Origin: Spirochaetaceae bacterium
GTDB taxonomy: Bacteria; Spirochaetota; Spirochaetia; DSM-2461
NCBI GenBank assembly: GCA_051531975.1
Contig: JAOPTT010000006.1
Coordinates: forward strand, 590,977-654,976
Length of the DNA: 64,000 bases
Direction of reading: 5' to 3'
Both the position numbers and the translations under genes were made by a program. Under the pieces are notes generated by a model. The model was not told the DNA's origin. It was given only the letters and a program-made list of their open reading frames with translations, and searched no databases. How positions within the stretch are numbered: position 1 is the stretch's first letter; each line of letters starts with the position of its first letter. This document shows, piece by piece, positions 19,318 to 28,746 of the stretch.

Positions 19318-22116
19318 TTACAAAATACAATTTGTACAGGTTATATGAAGCGAGTCAAAGTCTTTTTTAGGTCGAATTAGTTTCATACTATCCAACGACT
19401 TAAAATCATCACAGTTTACACAACGACCAGTCCAATTTGAAAGATCAATCTCCAAGCCTCTATCAGCGGGTAGAATATGTTTACAACCAGTTCTTTGTCG
19501 TATAGCATCAACCATCTCAAACCGAGCATCACCTAAACCTTCCCAAAACTCACCTACAATATTCCATTCTGCTTGTACCTCTTTAATTATACCAATAGTT
19601 CCCCAGTATCCTAAATGCCAGTCTTTTTGTTTCCAGTTACCATCTGACGGCTGCTGAATATTCAATTCTGTAGAATCTGGTTGACTCATATTAGCCACTA
19701 GTAGATCACAATTACCAAGGTGATTTTTTAAATCTGAAGAGTATTCCGAGTCACCTGTATATCCAATTCTAAAAATATTTTCATCATCTTTACTCTCAAT
19801 ATCTTCAAAACAATCAATAGTAAAACCAATAGACGATTGACAATGTTTCACTTCAAAAAAACAAACCTCAATTGGAATATTTTTTCTATTACATATTCTA
19901 TGATTATAAGTACGATCAGTTTTTGAATATGCATTAGATGGATCACAATACCACTTTCTTCTATAGTCAGCTTCATCAAGCTTAACGTGGTCAGAAGTTT
20001 CTTTATCACAAATCAAAGTATAACCATAATTTTCAGAGGGATATCGTTTATCCATTTCATAGAACAACGTGTCTATACTTTTTAAATCCTGATTATGGTC
20101 AGGGTGATTATGGCTAACTAAAACAAGATCAATATCTTTTATATGGAAACCTGCTTCATGAAAGTTCCTCACAAAGTCAAACCCAGGGTCAATAACAACC
20201 CCATATCCATTCCACTTAAAAAAATAACCTCCTCCTCTACTATCATTCCCATCAACATTAGGTACAAGACAAACTGATGAACTAGTTTCTCTTAAAATAT
20301 AAAAACGGCAATCTTTAGATTTTTCTAAAACTTCTTTAGATTTATTCTCATGATACTTTGAATAAATATCCTCTTTTTTTTCTGAAATTTTATTAGCAAG
20401 TTGTTTTTCAATACTTATTATTTCAGATACGTCAGATGATACTTTAGAAGATTCTTTTGGTATAACATTTTCTTTTTTCTCAATTTGTTGGTTCAGTAAA
20501 GCAGTATCAGATTTACTAAGTTTTTTACCTTTAAGATTTGATATTTGTAGTTGTATAATGTCGGCATTTGATGAGTCATTATACTCTACAAAAAATTTGT
20601 ATGCCTTTATATAGCTATCTATAGCTTTATCGTTTTCAAGCTTATTCTTAAACACAATCCCCATGCTAATGTATACGGTCCCATATTTTTTGAAATTAGG
20701 ATCATCAAGAGCTTTCTGGTAATACTCTATAGCTTTATCATAGTCACCCTTATAATTGAAAGCACTACCCAAATTATGTAATACAGATCCAGGATTATCA
20801 TTACTAGGATCATCAAGAGCTTTCTGGTAATACTCTATAGCTTTATCATAGTCACCCTTTCCACTATAAACATTCCCCATGCCATTAAATTCATCACTAG
20901 GAGTATCGTTTTTAGGATCATCAAGCGCTTTCTGGTAGCATTCTATAGCTTTATCATAGTTACCCTTTTTATTATACGAATACCCAATCCAATATAAATC
21001 ATAACTAAGAGTATCGTTTTTAGGATCATCAAGTGATTTCTGATAATATCTAATAGCTTTATCATAATCTCCCTTTTTACTATAAACATTCCCCATGCTA
21101 CGTAGATCAATATAAGGTCTATCGTTGCTAGGATGATCAAGAGCTTTCAGGTGATACTCTATAGCTTTATCATAGTCACCCTTTTTACTATACGAATTTC
21201 CGATGTTACCTAAAGTAAGATAAGGAGTATCGTTTTTGGGATCATCAAGTACTTTCTGGTAATACTCTATAGCTATATCATCATCACCCTTTTTACTATA
21301 TACAAACCCCATACCATTAAATTCATCACTAGGAGTATCGTTTTTAGGATCATCAAGTGCTTTCTGGAAGCATTCTATAGCTTTATCATAGTCACCCTTA
21401 CTACTAAAAGCAAACCCCATAGGACTCAACACATAACTTGGCCTATGGTTGTTAGGATCATCAAGAGCTTTCTGGTAAAACTCTATAGCTTTATCGTAAT
21501 CACCCTTCTCATCATATGCATACCCCATACTACGTAATGCAATATAAGGACTATCGTTACTTGTATCATCAAGAACTTTCTGGAAATATGCTATAGCCTC
21601 ATCATAATCACTCACATTAATGCAAGCATACCCCATGCCATATAATTCTTGACTAGGATTACTATTGTGAGGATCATCAATCGCTTTCTGGTAGTACTCT
21701 ATAGCTTTATCGTAGTCACCTTTTTCACTATACGAATACCCCATGAAACGTAATGCAATATTAGGATTATAGTTCTTAGGATCATCAAGTTCTTTCTGAT
21801 AATATTTAATAGATTCATCATAATTTTTATCATTAGATTCTATTGATTTTATTAAAAAAAAAGCAAACTCTTTATTAATTAAATTAGGTTCTTCAAGAAC
21901 AGAGTAAATTATATCTTTAGCTCTTGAAGGATCACTACTTTCAAGTTCCCCTGCTTCCGCCAGTTTCTTATCTACGATATATCCTGTTTCCTCAGATAAT
22001 GCTATTACTTCTTTCCAAAGTTTATTTGCCTTGACAGAATCATGGCCTATTATCTGAGTAGCTCTAGCTTCTAAAACAAGTTTTTTATATTGAGTTTTAT
22101 ATGTATTACTATCCAT
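19318..22116 (-). CDS. TPR-repeat + MBL-fold metallo-hydrolase with C-terminal CxxC pair
   Basis: About 11 TPR-like repeats; IDPG, SHNHPDH (HxHxDH), YTGD, HLG; CVNC...CTNC. Confidence 0.88.
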   Translation of the reverse strand: MDSNTYKTQYKKLVLEARATQIIGHDSVKANKLWKEVIALSEETGYIVDKKLAEAGELESSDPSRAKDIIYSVLEEPNLINKEFAFFLIKSIESNDKNYDESIKYYQKELDDPKNYNPNIALRFMGYSYSEKGDYDKAIEYYQKAIDDPHNSNPSQELYGMGYACINVSDYDEAIAYFQKVLDDTSNDSPYIALRSMGYAYDEKGDYDKAIEFYQKALDDPNNHRPSYVLSPMGFAFSSKGDYDKAIECFQKALDDPKNDTPSDEFNGMGFVYSKKGDDDIAIEYYQKVLDDPKNDTPYLTLGNIGNSYSKKGDYDKAIEYHLKALDHPSNDRPYIDLRSMGNVYSKKGDYDKAIRYYQKSLDDPKNDTLSYDLYWIGYSYNKKGNYDKAIECYQKALDDPKNDTPSDEFNGMGNVYSGKGDYDKAIEYYQKALDDPSNDNPGSVLHNLGSAFNYKGDYDKAIEYYQKALDDPNFKKYGTVYISMGIVFKNKLENDKAIDSYIKAYKFFVEYNDSSNADIIQLQISNLKGKKLSKSDTALLNQQIEKKENVIPKESSKVSSDVSEIISIEKQLANKISEKKEDIYSKYHENKSKEVLEKSKDCRFYILRETSSSVCLVPNVDGNDSRGGGYFFKWNGYGVVIDPGFDFVRNFHEAGFHIKDIDLVLVSHNHPDHNQDLKSIDTLFYEMDKRYPSENYGYTLICDKETSDHVKLDEADYRRKWYCDPSNAYSKTDRTYNHRICNRKNIPIEVCFFEVKHCQSSIGFTIDCFEDIESKDDENIFRIGYTGDSEYSSDLKNHLGNCDLLVANMSQPDSTELNIQQPSDGNWKQKDWHLGYWGTIGIIKEVQAEWNIVGEFWEGLGDARFEMVDAIRQRTGCKHILPADRGLEIDLSNWTGRCVNCDDFKSLDSMKLIRPKKDFDSLHITCTNCIL
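20630..21822 (-). repeat. 108-bp (36-aa) intragenic tandem repeat, about 11 copies
   Basis: Consensus YDKAIEYYQKALDDPxNxxPxxxLxxMGxxYSxKGD; visible in DNA as recurring ctatagctttatcatagtcacc. Confidence 0.95.
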
Positions 22117-22128
22117 TCAACTAGTCCT

Positions 22129-25100
22129 TTAAATATCGATTTCTCTCATAGGCAAACTAGAATCAGGTATTTTACTAATTGTTTTCTTTCCAGGACTTTT
22201 AGTTCCTTTTATGTGCTTTGCATTAATCATTTTCATCAGATACCCCATATCTTTGATATTTTTGTCAGTAGCAAAACTAAATCTATATTCGTAGTGTAAA
22301 GTTCTCATGAGATCATAAATATAAAATGAATTTTTATCTACTTTTGTTATATAATCTTGTAAAACTTTTTTCCAATTTAGAGGACGCTTTTTTGCTATTA
22401 GTAGTATAATATAATGAGCTCTGGTATAATTTTTTTCTGCTAATAAATGGTCTATTAGTAATGGACCAATTTTTTGTGAAAATAAATCATCTTCATACCA
22501 TCCAATAATATTTGAAGGTATCTCTATAAGCATGGCTCTTATTCTTTCTTCTCTAGTTTTACCAAAATCACCAACAGCAATAAATTTGATGTCATCAAAT
22601 GATGCAAATCCTTTATCAGCAAGTAAAGGTAATAATACTTGTAAAATATGCCCTACTTGTATCATTCCACCTGTTATAGATTTAAGAATATCCTCTTTTA
22701 AATTTGGATCAGAATAATCACTATTTCTCAGTGCTTTTGATGCAGCTGTCATAGTCATCATCATATTGTGTAATGTATCACTATGTAGTATGTTTTTAAT
22801 TTCTTGATCATAGGGTTTTTGAGCATCATAATATTTATCGGCATATCGATCTTTTATTGAATTGGGAAGATTAGAAGATGAAACGTTATCTACTATTTCT
22901 ACTTCCATTTGTTTTAACGCTTCTGGACTTGGTTTCCACTCTATGTATTGATAAGGATCAAAAGATTCAGGAAGGTTACATTTTGTTTTAACAGCATCAC
23001 GAGTTGAATTTAAATCTTCCATTAAAACTACTAAAGCATCATCTCTTCTCCTATCTATACCTGTATAAAACTCTATAACTTCAGGGAAATTAACATATAT
23101 CTTTTTATCAAATATAAATAATGCAAAATCTTTATCCTGGTGCATTCGTAATGCTAAAAAATAATGAATCCAATAGGAAAATCTAAAACAAAAATTACCT
23201 TCAAATATAACAAATATATGATTATTAAATAATATTTCGAATATCATATCTATATCTAAACTCATTTTTCTTTTCTGACAAAAATTATTTATTGTTTGTA
23301 TAAATTGCTTCTTTGTAAAAAAATATGAATCAGATCGAAGTAACGTTTCACAGAAATATCCTAATACAAATTCACAGTCTTTCATGTCAGGCTGTATCTT
23401 ATATGTTGGTAAAACTTCTGTATTAAATAATATGTAAAGTACTCTACTAAGGATTTCCGTTCTATTAACAGGGCTTTCTTCAAATTTTATTTCTGAAGCT
23501 TTTAAAATTGTTATACAATTTAGAGGCGTTCTGTGAATATTTAAAGTCTCTAAATCTGAAACGATTCTAGATGTAACAGCATCTTCATCGCCAATATGTG
23601 TACAATTATTATACCCATTAACAACGCATCTAATATTTTCTCGAGATAATGACATTAGATATAGACTTTCAAAAGATCTTTCATATTGATTCCCAGAGTT
23701 AAATAAACTAAAATTTGCTATTGTATTTAATACAATTACAGGAATTTCTTTATATGTATTTGCTAGAGTATCTAGAAGTCTTTTAGATCCTTTATCTCCA
23801 GAATTCCAAGAATCAAGAATAATACAACTAATATCTTCTCCTTCAAAACCAATTATATCTAATTCTTTCCGTACTTTTCTTTTTATATTTGCTTCTGATG
23901 GTTTTAGAGATCTTGAATCTAAAAACAACCATAATTTACCTTCATTAAGTTCCCATGCAATTTTTGATAAATATCTTCCAAGACAAGTTAACCCAAACTG
24001 AGGTGGGGCATTTATAATAAGAGATCTAGGATTAGCAATTATATCTTCAGGAGTAATTTTTTTTGAATCGGATTTTTTTTCGTCCAATTCACTTACATTT
24101 GATAAACTAGGTGTAACCCAAACTGGTGTTTGTGTTGAATATAAAGATAAAGATTCTTCAAATTGATTTTTTAAATATTTACTAATTATTGCATTAGTTA
24201 TTTCTATGCTATGAGTATATGAACTCTTTATATTTCCAATCTGTTTTATATTTAATGTTCCATCATCAGAAGATGAAAAATCAACTCCACTTACAAAGTT
24301 GTAACCTTTAGACCATTGGCGGTAAATAATTTTATCAATAATAGTATCATCAGAAATTTTAATAATGGAATAACCAAGTTTATCACTTTTATCAGTAAAT
24401 AAAGGTGGTGCTGAAAGTCTTATTAATTGATTGTCTTCTGATATATGATGAAAAAATGATTGATCATGAGCATGCCCAGATAGAAGTAAACAATAACTGT
24501 TCTTTAGAATAATTTCTAACTCTCTCCGAGACCATTCTGTAAGCCAGTCTAAAGGATGATGTAATACAAATATCTTTAATTTAGACTTTGATTCTTGCAT
24601 CCAAATTTGAATATCTCTAGTATTAATACTTAGTCTTCCTTGATCAGCCATATTCGCTTTAGCATGCTTCAACCCACCAATACTAAGAAAAGAAGAATTT
24701 ATACAATATAAACCTATTGCATCACTTAGATCCCAACCCGAACCCGAAAAAGATTTTAGTGATAAACCAAAATTAGCAAATTCACTTTCAAATGCCTTGT
24801 AATTGTTTAGTTTAAGTTTAAAAACATCTGAAGGATTATTACAATAATCATTAAAATCTGTTTCAGATAAATATTGTGATATAATACCTTCATGGTCTGC
24901 CTTCTTAGAAGATATATGTTTGGTAGATAAATCATGATTCCCTGGAACACATATTCTAAAGTTTTTATTTATTCCTAAATTGGAAAGTTTAGAATCAAAT
25001 AGATTTATAAATTGATTATATGCATCTATATCATCTCCACTTTGTACAATATCTCCTGAAATAATTATATATTTATCTACTTTATCAAACTCTTTTAATT

Positions 25101-25206
25101 GTTTTTTAAGATCATCAAAAAATGAATTGAATACTAGTCCATGCTGTTCTTCCCAGTTTGTTTTATAGTGTATATCTGAGATATGAATAAATAATTTTTC
25201 TTTCAT
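22129..25206 (-). CDS. Calcineurin-like metallophosphoesterase fused to STAND-like NTPase with degenerate Walker A
   Basis: SDIH, SGD, PGNHD, HHP, GHAH; APPQFGLT at Walker A, IILDS Walker B, RTPL, winged-helix FCFRFSYW region. Confidence 0.8.
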   Translation of the reverse strand: MKEKLFIHISDIHYKTNWEEQHGLVFNSFFDDLKKQLKEFDKVDKYIIISGDIVQSGDDIDAYNQFINLFDSKLSNLGINKNFRICVPGNHDLSTKHISSKKADHEGIISQYLSETDFNDYCNNPSDVFKLKLNNYKAFESEFANFGLSLKSFSGSGWDLSDAIGLYCINSSFLSIGGLKHAKANMADQGRLSINTRDIQIWMQESKSKLKIFVLHHPLDWLTEWSRRELEIILKNSYCLLLSGHAHDQSFFHHISEDNQLIRLSAPPLFTDKSDKLGYSIIKISDDTIIDKIIYRQWSKGYNFVSGVDFSSSDDGTLNIKQIGNIKSSYTHSIEITNAIISKYLKNQFEESLSLYSTQTPVWVTPSLSNVSELDEKKSDSKKITPEDIIANPRSLIINAPPQFGLTCLGRYLSKIAWELNEGKLWLFLDSRSLKPSEANIKRKVRKELDIIGFEGEDISCIILDSWNSGDKGSKRLLDTLANTYKEIPVIVLNTIANFSLFNSGNQYERSFESLYLMSLSRENIRCVVNGYNNCTHIGDEDAVTSRIVSDLETLNIHRTPLNCITILKASEIKFEESPVNRTEILSRVLYILFNTEVLPTYKIQPDMKDCEFVLGYFCETLLRSDSYFFTKKQFIQTINNFCQKRKMSLDIDMIFEILFNNHIFVIFEGNFCFRFSYWIHYFLALRMHQDKDFALFIFDKKIYVNFPEVIEFYTGIDRRRDDALVVLMEDLNSTRDAVKTKCNLPESFDPYQYIEWKPSPEALKQMEVEIVDNVSSSNLPNSIKDRYADKYYDAQKPYDQEIKNILHSDTLHNMMMTMTAASKALRNSDYSDPNLKEDILKSITGGMIQVGHILQVLLPLLADKGFASFDDIKFIAVGDFGKTREERIRAMLIEIPSNIIGWYEDDLFSQKIGPLLIDHLLAEKNYTRAHYIILLIAKKRPLNWKKVLQDYITKVDKNSFYIYDLMRTLHYEYRFSFATDKNIKDMGYLMKMINAKHIKGTKSPGKKTISKIPDSSLPMREIDI

Positions 25207-25628
25207 ACAAAAGCACCTTTTTAATAAATATAATCACTCATACAAAATTATATTCATTGAGTTTTAATTTTTTATCGATCTTATTTGTTTAAAAATCAAG
25301 ATCTTTGTAAAGAACACTTCTGACCAAATAAAATAGTTTAATTAACAAAGTTTAATTAACAAAGTTTTATCGATGAATTAAACCTTCTGATAGTTATTAA
25401 TTTAATCTTTTTTGAAGTTTATCTAAATATTATATATACTTTTATTAACTAAAAATCAGCTCTTATGAAAAGCCAAGAACATAATTAACACTAATATTTT
25501 ATATTAACTTATATAGCCTATTTAAAAACAAAATCGGACCAAAATGTAACTTTTATATAACTTTCTATACGTATAACTTTATTTTTTTATTAAGTAATGT
25601 TATCTATCACTGCTAAAAGGAGAGGTCA

Positions 25629-25949
25629 TTGCATAAAGTCTGCATTATAGATAACAAATCAGAGTTACCTGCTTATAGAGTTAGAGAATATTTAGATAAT
25701 TTATACATTGATTGCTTTATATCAAACAGAAGTAGTGATGGGAATATTGATATAAAACTATTTGTTAGTGATAAAGATGAAGTATTAGCTAGGACTCTTC
25801 TTGAAACGGCTGATTTCATAAAGGTTAAGGATGGTTGTCCTATGTGTGGTGCATCTAATGATATAGTTGGATCTAACATAATATATAAATTGTTTCATAT
25901 AAAAAGAAAACATAGTAATTCTTGTCGATATTGTAGATTTAAATGGTAA
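25629..25949 (+). CDS. Small Zn-ribbon protein (DUF2007-like + CxxC..CxxC); paralog of 49603-49923
   Basis: GGAGAGG RBS, TTG start; IKLFVS-x-x-D...A, CPMCG, CRYC-x-x-x-W. Confidence 0.7.
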   Translation: MHKVCIIDNKSELPAYRVREYLDNLYIDCFISNRSSDGNIDIKLFVSDKDEVLARTLLETADFIKVKDGCPMCGASNDIVGSNIIYKLFHIKRKHSNSCRYCRFKW

Positions 25950-25996
25950 TAATGTATTAAGTTTTTCTCCTAATATCTGAATTATACACTTTCAAC

Positions 25997-26182
25997 CTAT
26001 ATCAGGCTAAAACCAAACAGATTATGAATACTTAACAAATCTTTTCTACTTGGAGTTAAATCTCCGTTTTCCCAGCTCTTAATAACTTCTACAGGTCTTT
26101 TTAGGTTTCTAGCAAGTAAGTCTTGTGACAGTCCGTTTTTCAGCCTTATTTCTTTAATACTAATACTTCTTCTTACTGCCAT
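25997..26182 (-). CDS. XRE-family HTH protein
   Basis: IKEIRLKNGLSQDLLA...SWENG...P. Confidence 0.85.
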   Translation of the reverse strand: MAVRRSISIKEIRLKNGLSQDLLARNLKRPVEVIKSWENGDLTPSRKDLLSIHNLFGFSLI

Positions 26183-26326
26183 AATCCCTCCCTGTAAAAT
26201 TGTTGCTATATGATATTATATGGGGTTACTAATGTCGATAAGATTGCATATCATATTTAGGAAATTTTTATAAAGTAAGTTTTTTATCTTTTGGGAATAT
26301 TTCTATTTATCAAATAGTACCTTCAA

Positions 26327-26608
26327 CTAATTTTTCTTACGCACCCAATGAGAATCAATAGAAACCCTTGAAGCTTTCCAGCCTGGACATAGGTCGGCAA
26401 CATCTAATAAAGTATTATCAATATTTATTACTTCTTGCATTCCTAAAACTCTTCCATCTTTTTCGTCATCAGTTGTACCACAAAAAAATCCCCATGAATG
26501 ATCATCAATATAATGAATAACTGACAATATTGGAAAACCATCTTCTAAAACCTGTTTTGTAGTTATAGCTGCTGAATTTTGGGGTTGATCAAATTTCCAT
26601 TCTAACAT
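26327..26608 (-). CDS. Small conserved protein, DUF2185/immunity-like
   Basis: PILSVIH-x-x-DD-x-x-W-x-F-x-CG...D-x-TL-x-x-VADL-x-PGW-x-A-x-R pattern. Confidence 0.6.
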   Translation of the reverse strand: MLEWKFDQPQNSAAITTKQVLEDGFPILSVIHYIDDHSWGFFCGTTDDEKDGRVLGMQEVINIDNTLLDVADLCPGWKASRVSIDSHWVRKKN

Positions 26609-26634
26609 TAATTTCTATCCTTCAATGTATTATA

Positions 26635-26700
26635 TCATCCACCACAAGTTCCACAAGCTTTACCTACTTCACTATCTGTAAATATCCATTCTTGACCCAT
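26635..26700 (-). pseudogene. Relic of the C-terminus of the nuclease at 50909-51826
   Basis: TDSEVGKACGTCGG* versus TNEETGTACKTCGG*. Confidence 0.65.
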
Positions 26701-26776
26701 ATGTATATGAAAGAATATAATACATCTCCCAGGGAGGGAGATGTACTTTTTTACTTTTATTAATTTCTGCTGTAAT

Positions 26777-26862
26777 CAAAAGAATAAAAACACAGACTAT
26801 CATCAATTAAGCGGTGATCCATCTGTTTACACATTCAGCAGATGGGTCCTTTATGTGTTATG
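26777..26862 (-). repeat. attC-like direct repeat, copy A
   Basis: caaaagaataaa..caca.actatcatcaatt...ggtga...atctgtttaca...gtcctt.tatgtgtta shared with 28668-28746; begins ACATAAC on the minus strand. Confidence 0.65.
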
Positions 26863-26933
26863 TAGAAATGATTTTTATATATATCTTAAAACAAGCGATT
26901 TATTCCATAAGAAAATTCAATTGTTTTATAAAT

Positions 26934-27767
26934 TTAAATCATAGAAACTAATTTTTCCATATCAATCAGTTCTATAGAAGGTTTAACTTTTTCAGCAAAA
27001 TCAATGGCTGTTCTAGTAAAACCAGAATAACTGACGAATAAGCCACAATCAGCATTATTAGAATATAAAGCTCCAAGAAATTTCTGTAATTGACTTATAG
27101 AAACTTTATTGTTTATTGAATATTTTTTTACTTCTACTAATGTTTTATAGTAGCTTTTATAATTGTGCAATAAAAAATCATAACCATAATTATCAATACC
27201 AGAACTTCGAAGTATGTTTTGGTATTTCTGTTGAAAGATTCTATAAATAATACCTTCAAATTCTCTTCCATTCAAATCATCTATTAAGTTTATATTGTTA
27301 TAGTAGTTAAGAAAATAATCCTTATAATTATTTAACATCTTTGATTTTGTCTCATTTTTCTTTATATGAATATTCTCTATGAAGTTGATTATTTTTGATT
27401 TGACATCGTAATTTAAATATTCCGATTCAATTAAATTTATTAATCTTAAATTTGGTATTAATTTTTCATGATAATCTGTTACTAATAGAATTACCTTATT
27501 CTTACCAAGAGCATAACCAATTTCAAAAATTACATTTGGATCATTCTCATAAAGGAAAGCTATTACAATATCAGATTGGTTAATATTTTCAATCGTATTA
27601 TTTTCTGTACTGATATTTGAATCAATTTGATTATTGTAGTTAATGTCATAATTAAAGTTATCCAATTCAGATTTCAAGTCATACATATATTCTAAATGAT
27701 TTGTGGACATTGATATATAGATCTTTTTCTTCATGATAATCTCCCTAAAGCTCTTGTAATTGACCAA
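26934..27767 (-). CDS. NDT/TIR-like domain fused to Mrr-family restriction endonuclease
   Basis: SDIVIA...NVIFEIGYA N-terminal domain; FE...D-x-GYD...VEVK...SGFT-x-x-A Mrr_cat motifs. Start probably M12 (27734), overlapping the MTase stop. Confidence 0.8.
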   Translation of the reverse strand: MVNYKSFREIIMKKKIYISMSTNHLEYMYDLKSELDNFNYDINYNNQIDSNISTENNTIENINQSDIVIAFLYENDPNVIFEIGYALGKNKVILLVTDYHEKLIPNLRLINLIESEYLNYDVKSKIINFIENIHIKKNETKSKMLNNYKDYFLNYYNNINLIDDLNGREFEGIIYRIFQQKYQNILRSSGIDNYGYDFLLHNYKSYYKTLVEVKKYSINNKVSISQLQKFLGALYSNNADCGLFVSYSGFTRTAIDFAEKVKPSIELIDMEKLVSMI

Positions 27768-28582
27768 AAATTATACAGTTCATCTAGTAATAACTCCTTA
27801 TCTTCAGAACTATCGGTACCATAATTTGTATAAGTATCCAAAGTTAAAGTGCATGAATTATATTTTCGCTCTAAGATTTTTTTTATTTTTATATCTAAAT
27901 TTGCAATTAACGATTCAGATGATTCAATCTTTGTTTTATCGACTTCCAAATAAGATCGCTTGATATTAATATTCCAACCATTACAGGTACTATGAGTCCA
28001 TTGACCAGATACAACTTTAAAAACTTTTCCATCTTGCAATATTGAATCAATAAAATGTTGGACTATCTCTGCAAACTCAGTTTGACTCCACACCACAGCA
28101 CCTAATTCTTGTTTTGATAATCTATCCATATCATATATAAAAAGCATACCATCATCATTTAATCTTATAAATGATTCAAAAATTAAAGTTGCTAAAGATT
28201 CAGAATCTACTTCATGTATAACATTTGTAAGAGATATCAAATCGAATTTTTCCTGGGGTTGAAGAACACTATGAAAATTCTTTAATTCACCTGTAATAAT
28301 ATCTGATTTGTGTAACTCTAAAGATTCAATTTTCTTTCTAACTAATTGTAAATAATCATCTCGAACGTCGTATCCAGAGTAACTGATTTTCTTTGTATAT
28401 ATTGGATCTATGTTATTGTCCAAATTGGATATTATTTGTCCTTTTCCACATGCTAAGTCTAACCAATTATAAGTTGTAATCCTTGGATCTTGTAATGTAT
28501 CCTGAATTAGAGTGAGTATAGCTTGGTGTTGGGGAAACTGCCTTTCCTTATCTAACACTGCTGAAGAATCATTGATTGGCAT
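27731..28582 (-). CDS. Class I SAM-dependent methyltransferase
   Basis: WLDLACGKG, GYD, FDLISLTNVIHEV, L-x-x-x-G-x-L-x-I-x-D. Confidence 0.85.
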   Translation of the reverse strand: MPINDSSAVLDKERQFPQHQAILTLIQDTLQDPRITTYNWLDLACGKGQIISNLDNNIDPIYTKKISYSGYDVRDDYLQLVRKKIESLELHKSDIITGELKNFHSVLQPQEKFDLISLTNVIHEVDSESLATLIFESFIRLNDDGMLFIYDMDRLSKQELGAVVWSQTEFAEIVQHFIDSILQDGKVFKVVSGQWTHSTCNGWNINIKRSYLEVDKTKIESSESLIANLDIKIKKILERKYNSCTLTLDTYTNYGTDSSEDKELLLDELYNFWSITRALGRLS

Positions 28583-28667
28583 TATTTTTTCCTTTATTAA
28601 AACGGTATGGATAACATATTAAATCTCTTCTTGTAATAATTCATCAACTTTTTATATTTTTCTACAG

Positions 28668-28746
28668 CAAAAGAATAAACACAAACTATCATCAATTCTG
28701 GGTGAAATCTATCTGTTTACAGCTGGAGTCCTTATATGTGTTAGAT
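28668..28746 (-). repeat. attC-like direct repeat, copy B
   Basis: Begins ATCTAAC overlapping the TAA stop of the 636-aa gene; aligns with copy A. Confidence 0.65.

Noticed and set aside
26741..26944. 67-aa plus-strand ORF
   Set aside because: Overlies the attC-like repeat, and the second repeat copy does not preserve the frame.
27731..28582. Type II R-M DNA methyltransferase
   Set aside because: No DPPY/NPPY/SPPY or PCQ catalytic motif.
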